Shown in pieces: positions 28,826 to 37,772 of a DNA stretch of 61,918 nt. The notes beneath the pieces are model-generated. The model saw only the letters and a list, made by a program, of their open reading frames with translations. It had not been told where the DNA came from and did no database searches. The DNA comes from an uncultured Fidelibacterota bacterium (lineage in GTDB: Bacteria > Fidelibacterota > Marinisomatia > Marinisomatales > UBA1611): NCBI GenBank assembly GCA_902559415.1, contig CACEHW010000002.1:1-61918 (forward strand). The letters are read 5' to 3'. The position numbers were made by a program, and so were the translations under genes. How positions within the stretch are numbered: position 1 is the stretch's first letter; the number at the start of each line of letters is the position of its first letter.

Positions 28826-28861
28826 GTTTTTCTCCAAACAGTTTTCAATAGTTATGAAATA

Positions 28862-29137
28862 TTATATTTTTTTCACTTCGTCATATGAATAATTATTGTC
28901 TTTATCCTCTATAGAGTCACCGTGCTCATGTAATGATATTTTATAACCATCAACGACATCAATCTCCTTTATTCCATCTATGTGCATTTTTTTACTTTTG
29001 TATTCTGGTATTACTTTCGCTTTTGCTTTTGCCTCTTTTACATCACTCGCTACCACAAAATAGTTAGTGTGCGACTCATAAAAACCACTAGAAACATTAT
29101 CATCATAAAAACCTGCATGGACCAAGTATAACTTCAT
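28862..29137 (-). CDS. Small DUF1543-like protein
   Basis: 91 aa. MKLYLVHAGFYD...ESHTNYFVVASDVKEAK...HIDGIKEIDVVDGYKISL matches my recollection of the DUF1543 pattern (E-x-H-D/T...hhha, hIDgw.ev..vdGYkI). Unverified. Confidence 0.45.
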   Translation of the reverse strand: MKLYLVHAGFYDDNVSSGFYESHTNYFVVASDVKEAKAKAKVIPEYKSKKMHIDGIKEIDVVDGYKISLHEHGDSIEDKDNNYSYDEVKKI

Positions 29138-29219
29138 GGAAGACTCCTTATTTATAAATATTTAAAATTAGATAGCTTGAGAAAATAATTAGAATCACTT
29201 AAAAGAATATGTTTAACTC

Positions 29220-29735
29220 TTAGATACTTTTAATTAGGATAGATAAAAGTATTAACACTACTATAATAACCTGCACCACAGTTTCATTCCCAAAAATTTT
29301 TTCAGGACTGAAATTTGCAATCTTAAAATCAAAATTATCAAATCGAGATTCTGATAAAGGGCTAACTGAAGGAGGAGGAACTTCATCTTTTAATATCCTG
29401 TCCATATAGGAATCCTTTGGCGATTCTCCATAGATATTTGTGTTTGGATCACTATCTAAAAACATAAAATAAAAATAAATAAAACCTAAGAGCGGTACGT
29501 TTGCGGCTAGTACCCAAAGGCCATTTCTACCAGTATCATGTAAACGGCGAATTCCGACACCCACAGCCGGACAAACGGTTAACACTAAGTAAGATATCAA
29601 GGCAATTTTACCAACAAAGAATAAAGCAAAGCATATAATGATATGAACCAGGGTAAACATCCAGAATTCTTTTCTTCTAGCTCTGCCTTGGAAGTTTAAA
29701 TAATTATTAAATACTACTTCAATATACCATCTCAT
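29220..29735 (-). CDS. DUF805 family inner-membrane protein with an extended C-terminus
   Basis: GRARRKEFWMFTL and IRRLHDTGRNGLW motifs. An extra C-terminal TM segment is present. Confidence 0.7.
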   Translation of the reverse strand: MRWYIEVVFNNYLNFQGRARRKEFWMFTLVHIIICFALFFVGKIALISYLVLTVCPAVGVGIRRLHDTGRNGLWVLAANVPLLGFIYFYFMFLDSDPNTNIYGESPKDSYMDRILKDEVPPPSVSPLSESRFDNFDFKIANFSPEKIFGNETVVQVIIVVLILLSILIKSI

Positions 29736-29820
29736 TTTCAGATCCTATATGTTTATAATTAATTAAAATAAAGGTATTTAAAATAATCTTATTTTTCAAT
29801 TAATTCTAATACTTGCTATT

Positions 29821-30621
29821 CTATTTTTTTAAAATAGCACAAACATAGGTCATAGAACCATTTGAGAAGGAGTTATATATATCTGTTCCCTTTATTCCAG
29901 CGTAGGTCTTAAATAATTTTCTTATAAAAATAGATACGCTTTTATCAATATGATCTTCGCGATACTCAGATAACTTATCTAGGCCTTGAATGATATTATC
30001 CGTTATATCAATTCTGTTTAAAAATTTTAAATCTGAGCTACTAAATTGATCATATAACTCTTGGATACCATCTGTGGTTCTAAAATCACAAAATAAAAAG
30101 AATCCACCCGTTTTTAAGGATCTATAGGCCTCACTCAAGAATTTTGACATATCTCCATAGCAATGAGAGGATTCAACATTAATAAGAACATCAAAAGAAT
30201 TATCAGGGAATGGTATACTCTCAGAGTCTCCGCATACAAAATTTAAATTGGGAATATTGTAGAACTCTGAACATAGACCAACAGCCTCATTTGATATATC
30301 CATTCCTGTAATTGAAGACGGCTGTAGATACCTAGCAATATAAGAAGCCCCACCGCCTCTGCCCGAACCAACCTCTAAGATATTTTTATTCTTAATATCT
30401 GCATGACTTGAGACAAAGTGATAAAGCTGAATAGGATAACGTTCATTTTCATCATCATCTTCTAGGTCAAGATTGAATTCAGGCGCATGATAGCCATAAT
30501 TCATAAGCTTGAGATTTGAATTACGTGCTTTCTTAGCAAATATATCATACCACTTCTCCCAAAACCATTTCTTTGAAGATGGAGATAGTTTTAATATGAT
30601 TAATATTATAGTCTTTAACAC
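29821..30621 (-). CDS. Class I SAM-dependent methyltransferase
   Basis: ILEVGSGRGGGASYIA (motif I) and VLINVESSHCY. Confidence 0.8.
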   Translation of the reverse strand: MLKTIILIILKLSPSSKKWFWEKWYDIFAKKARNSNLKLMNYGYHAPEFNLDLEDDDENERYPIQLYHFVSSHADIKNKNILEVGSGRGGGASYIARYLQPSSITGMDISNEAVGLCSEFYNIPNLNFVCGDSESIPFPDNSFDVLINVESSHCYGDMSKFLSEAYRSLKTGGFFLFCDFRTTDGIQELYDQFSSSDLKFLNRIDITDNIIQGLDKLSEYREDHIDKSVSIFIRKLFKTYAGIKGTDIYNSFSNGSMTYVCAILKK

Positions 30622-30663
30622 GTAATCATAAGGTAAATAGTGAACTAAATAAAATCCACTATT

Positions 30664-31416
30664 TTATTTAAACATATTTTTAATATGCTCTAGATTGATC
30701 TTTAATGAATTATTCTCAGCTGAAATTGAATCAAGAAATGAATTAGCGATAGAGCTCCATAGATCATAACCTTTTGTACTCAGATGTAAACTATCACTTA
30801 CAAAAAGCTCAGGAAATGGTCTACCATTTTCTCCGATCATAGGAGTAGCAGTATCTAAATAATATAAGTTGTCATGATCCCTTACATATAACTTTATAAG
30901 ATCATTAGTCATTTTCATTTCAGGCCAATACCTCCACCTAGATGGACTTGGTTTAATTGAAATAAAAACTAATGCACAATGGGCAATCTTATCATTTACT
31001 AAAGTTGTAAAATCAATAAAATCATCGAGTACTTGCTCTGGCGATTTATTATCAGCAATATCATTATCACCGGCATAAAGTAATATTGTTTTTGGAGCGT
31101 ATTTTTCTACCATATGGTCAAAATAGTAAATAATGTCCGAAAGGTGTGAACCTCCAAACCCACGATTGATGATATTACCTTTAAAATATTGACTTGTAGG
31201 CCAAAGTCTTATGCTAGAACTACCAACAAACAATATACCGCCCTTTGAAAAAGAATTTTTCTTATCCCAATCTATGAATTGCTCTATGAATAATTCTTTA
31301 CCATGTTTAGAGGAATAAAACCTTTCAGGATTTGGATTTTGCTGGGCTGTTATTTGAAAAGAAAAGATTAAAATAAAAAAAAGGGCTACTATTCTCATTA
31401 AAGTTAAAAATTTCAT
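30664..31416 (-). CDS. Secreted SGNH/GDSL hydrolase (esterase)
   Basis: Blocks ILFVGSSSI, GFGGS, YAGDNDI and DSLHLS. The ATG at 31416 gives the signal peptide MKFLTLMRIVALFFILIFSFQITAQ; the track start at 31434 is TTG. Confidence 0.8.
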   Translation of the reverse strand: MKFLTLMRIVALFFILIFSFQITAQQNPNPERFYSSKHGKELFIEQFIDWDKKNSFSKGGILFVGSSSIRLWPTSQYFKGNIINRGFGGSHLSDIIYYFDHMVEKYAPKTILLYAGDNDIADNKSPEQVLDDFIDFTTLVNDKIAHCALVFISIKPSPSRWRYWPEMKMTNDLIKLYVRDHDNLYYLDTATPMIGENGRPFPELFVSDSLHLSTKGYDLWSSIANSFLDSISAENNSLKINLEHIKNMFK

Positions 31417-31572
31417 CAAGCAATACGCTTGCAAAATCTATTAACGAGAACAATAGCCCTACACATAGGTTAATTTACTAAAAATACACTAAATAATAAT
31501 TTTTGTGGATTTTTTTAGACTGAAAAGTCTAAAATAAAGAAGAAGTCCCAAACGAGGAGACCTTCAATGAAA

Positions 31573-31770
31573 TTAATCTATACGGGATATATCAGTAGCT
31601 TGTTTACCTCTATCTCCATCAGTTGCATTAAACTCTACTTTATCTTCATCACGTACTTGCTGACCATCAGCTAGCATCGACTCATGAAAAAAGTAATCTG
31701 TACCATCATCTCCGGTAACAAATCCATATCTTTTTTCTCTATTGTAGAATTTTACTTTACCTGTTTCCAT
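31573..31770 (-). CDS. Cold-shock domain protein (CspA family)
   Basis: 65 aa with GKVKFYNREKRYGFVT (RNP1-like) and DYFFHES (RNP2-like). Confidence 0.85.
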   Translation of the reverse strand: METGKVKFYNREKRYGFVTGDDGTDYFFHESMLADGQQVRDEDKVEFNATDGDRGKQATDISRID

Positions 31771-31834
31771 TTTTTCCTCTTTAGTTAATAATTAAATGTA
31801 TTGTTTTTTTAACAGTAATGTAATAAAAATTTTA

Positions 31835-33466
31835 TTATTTTTTATTGCCTGTCATTTCCCACTTTATTAGTTCTACAGGGATATTCCCAGCATCATTATA
31901 GTATCTAAGAAAGTCTTTAATATTAAATGACTTTCCTTCTTTTTCGAGTTTTTTAGCAACATCTTTGATAAGGTTTTCAATTAAATACTTACCCGTAATA
32001 TAGCAAGTTCCATACCCTGGTTGCCTTAAATACAAGTGTTGTTCAAATTGTAAAAGATGTGGTTCTCTTTCCATCCAACCTCGAGGTGTCCATTTAACAT
32101 GAACGTGCCCAGCTTCTTCCATGGTCATCATATTAGCATGGGCATATAAAGATCCAAGACCTCGCGCAGCTCTTTGAGCGAGCATTATCCAAACTATTTC
32201 TTTTGATCTCGGGCTATCTTCATAAAGACCTAATTGCATAAATATTTCCTCTACTCCAGTTGCAATGCCCTCACTTTTGGAATCAAAAATATTGTATAGC
32301 AAAGGCCCTCTTCTAATTGGACTCTCATGGGGATTATCTCTCACTTCAGCTAAATCAAACCAATGATAAAAATGAGAGTATAATGGTACAGGATCATAGT
32401 GCATACCAATATAGAAAAAATTCCTATCTTCTTCAGGAACAAACTCACCCATATGCTCTCTCAAAGCAGGCTCCATATTATCTTTTATATCCATAATGTC
32501 ATTATTTAAAAGAAAGTCCATTAGTCTTCTGACACCATTCTCTTTCATTATATTAAATTCTTTTTCTGTCTTAGCTGATTTCATTGGCGGAAGGTTACGA
32601 TTTAAATGCTCTTGAAATTTTAGAGAGCTCCAGGCTCTATCTAGCTCACGTTTTAACAAAGAGACCTCTTCTTCCCAAGATAATGGTACTAGGTGAACAT
32701 TATTTTGATACCATGTATAGTTTTCCTTACCTATTCCAGAAGGTCCATCTTTTACAGATTTTTTAGATATTAACCAATCAAGAAAAGCTTCATTTGCTTC
32801 AAGGGCCTTATTAATCGGTTTTTGTAAAATTTTATCAAATTTTTTACCGTGATGCTTCTCTATTTTTTCTTTTATGTAGATAATGTTTTTCTTTTGATCT
32901 TTAAAGTTTTCAATTCCCGCAACCCAAAGATCTTTTGCATTCCCAGTTAGATTACCTCTTGCCTGAAATAAAATATTTGGAATCACCTCAAACTCAGAGG
33001 CCATTCTCTCGGCATCGTTTTTTTTCATAGGGAACTCATACTGCCAAAATTCTAAAAGTGAATGATTTGTAGGTCCTTCATGTGCTGGAACATCGCTCTC
33101 ATACATCCAAATAGTCTGATAAAAAGCTGGGTCTCTTGACCAAGGCTTTAAAACCCTGTAATTAAAATCATAACCGTTCATTTCAGACTGGACAATGTGC
33201 CAATCAACTTTGTGGTATATAGGCCACTTTGTAGTGTCAATATTTTTTAGTTCATTTTTTAAATTAAAAAATTCTTTTCTGCTCTCATCAAAACGTTTAG
33301 AGGTATAATCAGGAGCACCACTAGACATTGGCGGAATTTCAAAATCTCTCCAACGTTGAAATAGCTCAATTAATTGATCATAATTTGCTGGTCTAATATT
33401 TTGTTCTGATTTTATTGGCATGATAAGCATAAATATTATTACATAGTTTAATTTTATAACTTTCAA
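31835..33466 (-). CDS. Secreted hypothetical protein, possibly DUF885-like
   Basis: 543 aa with a TTG start and a signal-like N-terminus. The C-terminal LRQPGYGTCYITGKYLIENL...FNIKDFLRYYNDAGNIPVELI resembles the DUF885 C-terminus. I did not find the usual HExxPGHH motif. Confidence 0.35.
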   Translation of the reverse strand: MKVIKLNYVIIFMLIMPIKSEQNIRPANYDQLIELFQRWRDFEIPPMSSGAPDYTSKRFDESRKEFFNLKNELKNIDTTKWPIYHKVDWHIVQSEMNGYDFNYRVLKPWSRDPAFYQTIWMYESDVPAHEGPTNHSLLEFWQYEFPMKKNDAERMASEFEVIPNILFQARGNLTGNAKDLWVAGIENFKDQKKNIIYIKEKIEKHHGKKFDKILQKPINKALEANEAFLDWLISKKSVKDGPSGIGKENYTWYQNNVHLVPLSWEEEVSLLKRELDRAWSSLKFQEHLNRNLPPMKSAKTEKEFNIMKENGVRRLMDFLLNNDIMDIKDNMEPALREHMGEFVPEEDRNFFYIGMHYDPVPLYSHFYHWFDLAEVRDNPHESPIRRGPLLYNIFDSKSEGIATGVEEIFMQLGLYEDSPRSKEIVWIMLAQRAARGLGSLYAHANMMTMEEAGHVHVKWTPRGWMEREPHLLQFEQHLYLRQPGYGTCYITGKYLIENLIKDVAKKLEKEGKSFNIKDFLRYYNDAGNIPVELIKWEMTGNKK

Positions 33467-33502
33467 ATAATTTATCCCTTGTTAGTTTAAATCTACATTT
33501 AT

Positions 33503-33943
33503 CTAATATCTTAAAATAACCTGATATTTATACCATTTTAATATTTGTTCGAAATCACTATATATATGTGATGCTTTATCATAGCTATCTGATTCTGGTC
33601 TAAGGACATACATTGCAAACTCGCTAGGATTTTTCATTTCGTTAAACTCAAAATGCGATACAACCTCAATGGACCAACTCGCACTAAGATTAGGTTCGAA
33701 TGCTAATGAAGAGTCAAAAGAACTTAGCTTTGCTTGTTCATCGAGACTTAAATAGGCATGCTCGATTGTAGCCAACACTGCAAGGGTATAATTATTTGTA
33801 CATTTGAATTTAATATAAGGGTAAAACCAATCAGTAGAAGGTCCTCCATCATCATGTCCCTGGCAAGACCCAATGGTGTTTATACCATCTAAATCATTTA
33901 TAAAGTTAACGAGCTGCTTTATTTCTTTATCAATATCATTCAT
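33503..33943 (-). CDS. Hypothetical protein
   Basis: 146-aa ORF in a codirectional gene string. It contains TIGSCQGH. No family recognised. Confidence 0.5.
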   Translation of the reverse strand: MNDIDKEIKQLVNFINDLDGINTIGSCQGHDDGGPSTDWFYPYIKFKCTNNYTLAVLATIEHAYLSLDEQAKLSSFDSSLAFEPNLSASWSIEVVSHFEFNEMKNPSEFAMYVLRPESDSYDKASHIYSDFEQILKWYKYQVILRY

Positions 33944-33952
33944 TAAAGATAG

Positions 33953-34528
33953 TTACCAATAATACCCACTATCTTTCAACCATTTTTGTATACCAGTATG
34001 AGATAACCTCGCAGCTTTTCTGTAAGAGTCCAATGCAATTTCAAAATTTTTATTTTTCTGGTATACTATCCCCAAGTTATAGTGTGCACTGGCATAGTCT
34101 GGTTTTAGAATAATAGCATTTTGAAAAGCATTAATAGCCTTAGAGTAGTTTTTTATTTCTTTATACGAATTTCCTAAATTGTTATAAGCATGCGCGTCAT
34201 TTGGCCTTAACTCTATTGTTTTTAGATAATATTCAATAGCTTTTTTAAAATTTTTCGTAAAAAAAGCATTATTCCCTTTTTGAAATGCATCAGAGGCTCT
34301 TAGTAATAAGGTCTCATTTCTATGCTCGATAAGTAAACTATCTCTAACAATAATACTTTTAGAAAGTTTTCTTTCTAGATCATGCACTTGATTTACTGCA
34401 CTTCTAGCAATTGACTTAGTTCTTTTTAGTTCTTTTTTTAAGGACTCTAACTCTACTACGTATTCATCTGGAACTGTCGATGAGCAACCATAAATTAAAA
34501 TTGATAATATTATAAAATATCTTTTCAT
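33953..34528 (-). CDS. TPR-repeat lipoprotein
   Basis: MKRYFIILSILIYGCSS lipobox, followed by 3 to 4 TPRs (AHAYNNLGNSYKEIKNYSKAINAFQNAIILKPDYASAHYNLGIVY). Confidence 0.8.
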   Translation of the reverse strand: MKRYFIILSILIYGCSSTVPDEYVVELESLKKELKRTKSIARSAVNQVHDLERKLSKSIIVRDSLLIEHRNETLLLRASDAFQKGNNAFFTKNFKKAIEYYLKTIELRPNDAHAYNNLGNSYKEIKNYSKAINAFQNAIILKPDYASAHYNLGIVYQKNKNFEIALDSYRKAARLSHTGIQKWLKDSGYYW

Positions 34529-34611
34529 ATAATTTGCAATAGTAATGGGGTTTGTTTTTAAGTGGCAGGTGGAGAAAAAATATAATACTAAATTATATTA
34601 GAAATATATAT

Positions 34612-35037
34612 TTATTTAGATTTAATCCTGGATAATGCATTTTCATATTGAATTAATTTAATAGAAACATTTTCCTTTATATCAATACTCTTATGGATTT
34701 TAATATTATCCATTAAGTCAATGACTTTAATCTTAATAGCTAACTTATTTTTTAGAACTCTGCTGATATAACTATCATAAAGTTCGTCATTTTTTCTACT
34801 TAAGGCGTCTACTGCCTCTACTATATCCTTATTAAAGCCTTCTATTTCTAAACAGTCTAATTCGACATCAGATTTTTCAATTACATCATGAAGAACTGCA
34901 GTGATCATCTGATCTTCATTTTTAGTTTTTAGCATAATCCTCATCGGATGAAGGATATATGGCTCACCATTTACATTGTACTGATTTTTATGAGAATTAT
35001 GAGCAATTGAAATAGCTTTTTGAAGTAACTCCTGCAT
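34612..35037 (-). CDS. Stand-alone HD-domain protein resembling a small alarmone ((p)ppGpp) hydrolase
   Basis: 141 aa. AHNSHKNQYNVNGEPYILHPMRI...AVLHDVIEKSDV...IVEAVDALSRK parallels the RelA/SpoT hydrolase-domain core (H...HD). Confidence 0.6.
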   Translation of the reverse strand: MQELLQKAISIAHNSHKNQYNVNGEPYILHPMRIMLKTKNEDQMITAVLHDVIEKSDVELDCLEIEGFNKDIVEAVDALSRKNDELYDSYISRVLKNKLAIKIKVIDLMDNIKIHKSIDIKENVSIKLIQYENALSRIKSK

Positions 35038-35052
35038 AAATAAGTAAAAAAG

Positions 35053-35355
35053 CTAAAAAGGCAAATCGTCATCCTCGATTGGGTTAGGAGTAGCTTGCTG
35101 CTGCGAAGGTGCTGGCGCCATTTCCTGCTGTGGTTGAGAATTTTGTCTTTGGTATTCACTCTTGTAGGCATAATGTGTAGCGCCTTTTTCTGAGACTTCT
35201 CTTCTCTTGGCAATAACCAAATTTACCCAACCATTTTCATCAGCATGCTCTTGCAATTCACTTACTTTGAACGCAGCATTTATAAGACTACCACCATTAT
35301 CAAAAACTTTTTCCCTTAATGAACACTGATTTATATAAACTCTATCTTGAGCCAT
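35053..35355 (-). CDS. Small protein with a Q/P-rich linker and an SSB-type C-terminal acidic tip (DDDLPF)
   Basis: 100 aa ending ...QNSQPQQEMAPAPSQQQATPNPIEDDDLPF. The N-terminal ~65 aa is not the canonical SSB OB-fold sequence. Confidence 0.6.
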   Translation of the reverse strand: MAQDRVYINQCSLREKVFDNGGSLINAAFKVSELQEHADENGWVNLVIAKRREVSEKGATHYAYKSEYQRQNSQPQQEMAPAPSQQQATPNPIEDDDLPF

Positions 35356-35443
35356 TTCTACCTCTCTTTTAAATATATTTTATTAGAACGAACAAAAAAT
35401 TACATTGGATATATCTTGTACCAAAATTAAAAGGAGTGCTTAA

Positions 35444-35476
35444 ATAAAAAAACCCGGACAAAACCGGGTTTTTTTA
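35444..35476 (-). terminator. Bidirectional rho-independent terminator
   Basis: aaaaaaaCCCGGacaaaaCCGGGttttttt, starting about 20 nt downstream of the 35496 stop (minus strand). Confidence 0.7.
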
Positions 35477-35495
35477 TTTAAGGTAGATATATTAT

Positions 35496-36353
35496 CTACT
35501 TAGCAAGTTTTTGCTGTTTTACATTATTATTATAAATACCAATATCATCATGATTATAATGACTCCAATAAGCTCTGTGCTTATCTTGGAAAGCTTTACG
35601 CTCTTTCTCATCTGGCCAGCCTGCTTTTAACAATTTACTTATATCTTCATCTAAAAGATCATCCATATTGGCATATTCATTTACAAAAACCACAGGCCAT
35701 CCTTTTGAACCTCCAGCACTACCAGACCAATAATGTGTAAGCATCATGTGACTGAGGACCCGGTCATCTTTCATTACTACCTTATCAAACCACTCCTGCA
35801 TTATTTTATCTCTATCTTCAGATGTACCGCCCTCTATTTCACTTAGCGGAGCAAGAGTAAACTCTTGGATTGTAATTATAGTATTTTCTTTCATCTTTTT
35901 ATTACGACGCTTAAGCATTTTTTTATTTAATTCATAGTTACCCATGTCAGAATGTCCACCAAGCCAATACTCTCCAAAACGCTTTTGAAACTTTTCTCTG
36001 GTCTTTTTATTTGGCCAACCCTTTTTTCTTCTATCTGCAGTAGATCTAATGCTATTATCTGCATCCATAAAATTTTTCCATTCATTCATAACCACTACCT
36101 CACTTGAGTTTCCTGACAAATAGTGGTAAAGGATATTAGAACTGATAAGCAAATTATCTCTAGATACCATTTTTTTTCTGTGCTCATCAAATAACTTTTC
36201 ACGTTCTTTCCAATCACCATTTTCTACAGTTCTCCATGGCTTTAAGTAATATTTTGACAATGTAACTATGGTATTACCTTCGGTGTATTGACCAAATACT
36301 ACACATGATGAAATGCAAACTAAGATTAACATTTTTATCTTATTTATGTTCAT
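35496..36353 (-). CDS. Secreted hypothetical protein built from two tandem copies of a ~125-aa domain
   Basis: Signal peptide. Both halves carry ...GWP[ND][KE]K[TE]R[EK].FQ......YW...H.D.G.Y... (GWPNKKTREKFQKRFGEYWLGGHSDMGNY / GWPDEKERKAFQDKHRAYWSHYNHDDIGIY). Confidence 0.6.
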   Translation of the reverse strand: MNINKIKMLILVCISSCVVFGQYTEGNTIVTLSKYYLKPWRTVENGDWKEREKLFDEHRKKMVSRDNLLISSNILYHYLSGNSSEVVVMNEWKNFMDADNSIRSTADRRKKGWPNKKTREKFQKRFGEYWLGGHSDMGNYELNKKMLKRRNKKMKENTIITIQEFTLAPLSEIEGGTSEDRDKIMQEWFDKVVMKDDRVLSHMMLTHYWSGSAGGSKGWPVVFVNEYANMDDLLDEDISKLLKAGWPDEKERKAFQDKHRAYWSHYNHDDIGIYNNNVKQQKLAK

Positions 36354-36439
36354 CTTGTCCTCCTTTTGTGTTCTACGCTATTTTGACAATCAAAATAACA
36401 CCCTAATGTAATACTAAAATAATCAGATGTGGGGAGATA

Positions 36440-37273
36440 TCAGTTTTCCACTGGATACATATTAAAATTCTGATTGTCAAAATATTCAATTCTGTTTGAT
36501 ATCTTAGACTCTATAGATATTTTCAACTCCTCAGATATTCTGTCTGACCTATAACGGATTGCAAAATATGGTAAGAAACTCTCTGCTATATCTTCCCTTA
36601 AAGGATGCTCTTCAGCATAAGAAGAAATAAAACCACAATCTGCTTTCTGAGCATGAAGCCATAAAGAATCAGTCGCATGATATGCATCTAATGAAGTATG
36701 AGCTGCTTCGTGTATGAGAGTTTCCTCTAAGATACCTTGGTCCTCATAATTAAGCTCAGAATAATCAGTATGAATGAGTAGATTATTATTCCCACCGCCA
36801 AATGGATAGTTGCCTTTGTGTATCCATACTGTTTTTACATCTTTTCTAAGCTCTGTTGACAATTGACCTATTACTGGCGCAAATTTTTCTGCTTGTAACT
36901 TTGCGGACGCAAGATCGCCAAATTCTGGATTAACCTGTATTTCTATTTGAATGGAGTCATCATAATTAGCAGGGAATAAATACGGAGTACTTGTTATCCA
37001 ATCGGCAACTCTTCTATCAAACATAATTCTTTCGGCCCTACCATTATATGACAGGTTTATAAACGTGGTATAATCCTCTGGAGTCACAATATCTGGATCA
37101 ATAAAAATAGTACCATGGAAGGGAGCAGCAATCAAGCTATCACAACTTTGGTCATTTGATAATTTTCCGATATCATTTTTTGTATTTTGACAAGCAATTT
37201 GACAAAAGCTAAATAGAAATAAAAAATTAATTATCCTGCATATATTTAAAATTTTAATACACCTGAACTTCAT
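36440..37273 (-). CDS. Secreted or lipoprotein putative zinc metallopeptidase (HEXXH)
   Basis: TLIHEAAHTSLDAYH. The ATG at 37273 forms an ATGA overlap with the upstream stop; the track start at 37291 is less likely. Confidence 0.55.
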   Translation of the reverse strand: MKFRCIKILNICRIINFLFLFSFCQIACQNTKNDIGKLSNDQSCDSLIAAPFHGTIFIDPDIVTPEDYTTFINLSYNGRAERIMFDRRVADWITSTPYLFPANYDDSIQIEIQVNPEFGDLASAKLQAEKFAPVIGQLSTELRKDVKTVWIHKGNYPFGGGNNNLLIHTDYSELNYEDQGILEETLIHEAAHTSLDAYHATDSLWLHAQKADCGFISSYAEEHPLREDIAESFLPYFAIRYRSDRISEELKISIESKISNRIEYFDNQNFNMYPVEN

Positions 37274-37767
37274 TTTAAAAGCTCTGACCATCTGCTACAA
37301 ATATCTTCAAAAGAAATCGCCATATTTGCAGGACTAGAACTAGGCAGAGACACATAATTGATAGAAGAAATTGGTTTAAAGAATTTGTTAAACATACTCT
37401 CCGATTTTTTACCATTAAAACCGATGACTTTAATAGATGGAAAGTCTAGTAATAGTGATTGAATATCATTAGGGATTTCTCTTTTAATGTTACTATCTAA
37501 ACTACCTTTTCTCTCAGCACCGTGAACCACATCCCACAATCCAATTCTATGCTTCTTTAAAAATAATTTTTTAGATGCATAATCAGTTGATATTTCACTA
37601 TTAGTTATTTTTGATAATATGGTCCACATCCTATTTCTGGGATGGCCATAATATTGATTTAGCTCTATTGATTTTTTCCCTGGTAGAGAGCCTAATATGA
37701 GAATCTCAGTATCATTAAAAATTATTGGCTCGAATGATTTTGAAAAATCTGAATTTTTAATCAGCAT
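37270..37767 (-). CDS. DNA-deoxyinosine (hypoxanthine) glycosylase, UDG superfamily family 6-like
   Basis: ILGSLPGKKSIELNQYYGHPRNRMW near the N-terminus and LPSSSPAN near the C-terminus, as I recall for HDG-type UDGs. Confidence 0.65.
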   Translation of the reverse strand: MLIKNSDFSKSFEPIIFNDTEILILGSLPGKKSIELNQYYGHPRNRMWTILSKITNSEISTDYASKKLFLKKHRIGLWDVVHGAERKGSLDSNIKREIPNDIQSLLLDFPSIKVIGFNGKKSESMFNKFFKPISSINYVSLPSSSPANMAISFEDICSRWSELLK

Positions 37768-37772
37768 ATAAA

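Noticed and set aside
31513-31534. 9-bp A/T-rich hairpin with a GAAA loop downstream of the cold-shock gene
   Set aside because: No U-tract follows the stem in either reading direction, so it is not a canonical intrinsic terminator. It may stabilise the mRNA 3' end, but I cannot support this from sequence alone.
34971-35213. 80-aa minus-strand ORF bridging the HD-domain gene and the SSB-tail gene
   Set aside because: It overlaps both better-supported genes out of frame, and its translation is Lys/Ser-rich with no features.
23175-36353. Reading the nuclease pair, SSB-tail protein and HD hydrolase as a prophage
   Set aside because: I recognised no integrase, terminase, capsid, portal or tail genes and no att-like repeats. 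The genes are interleaved with ordinary metabolic and envelope genes. At most these are scattered remnants of mobile-element genes.
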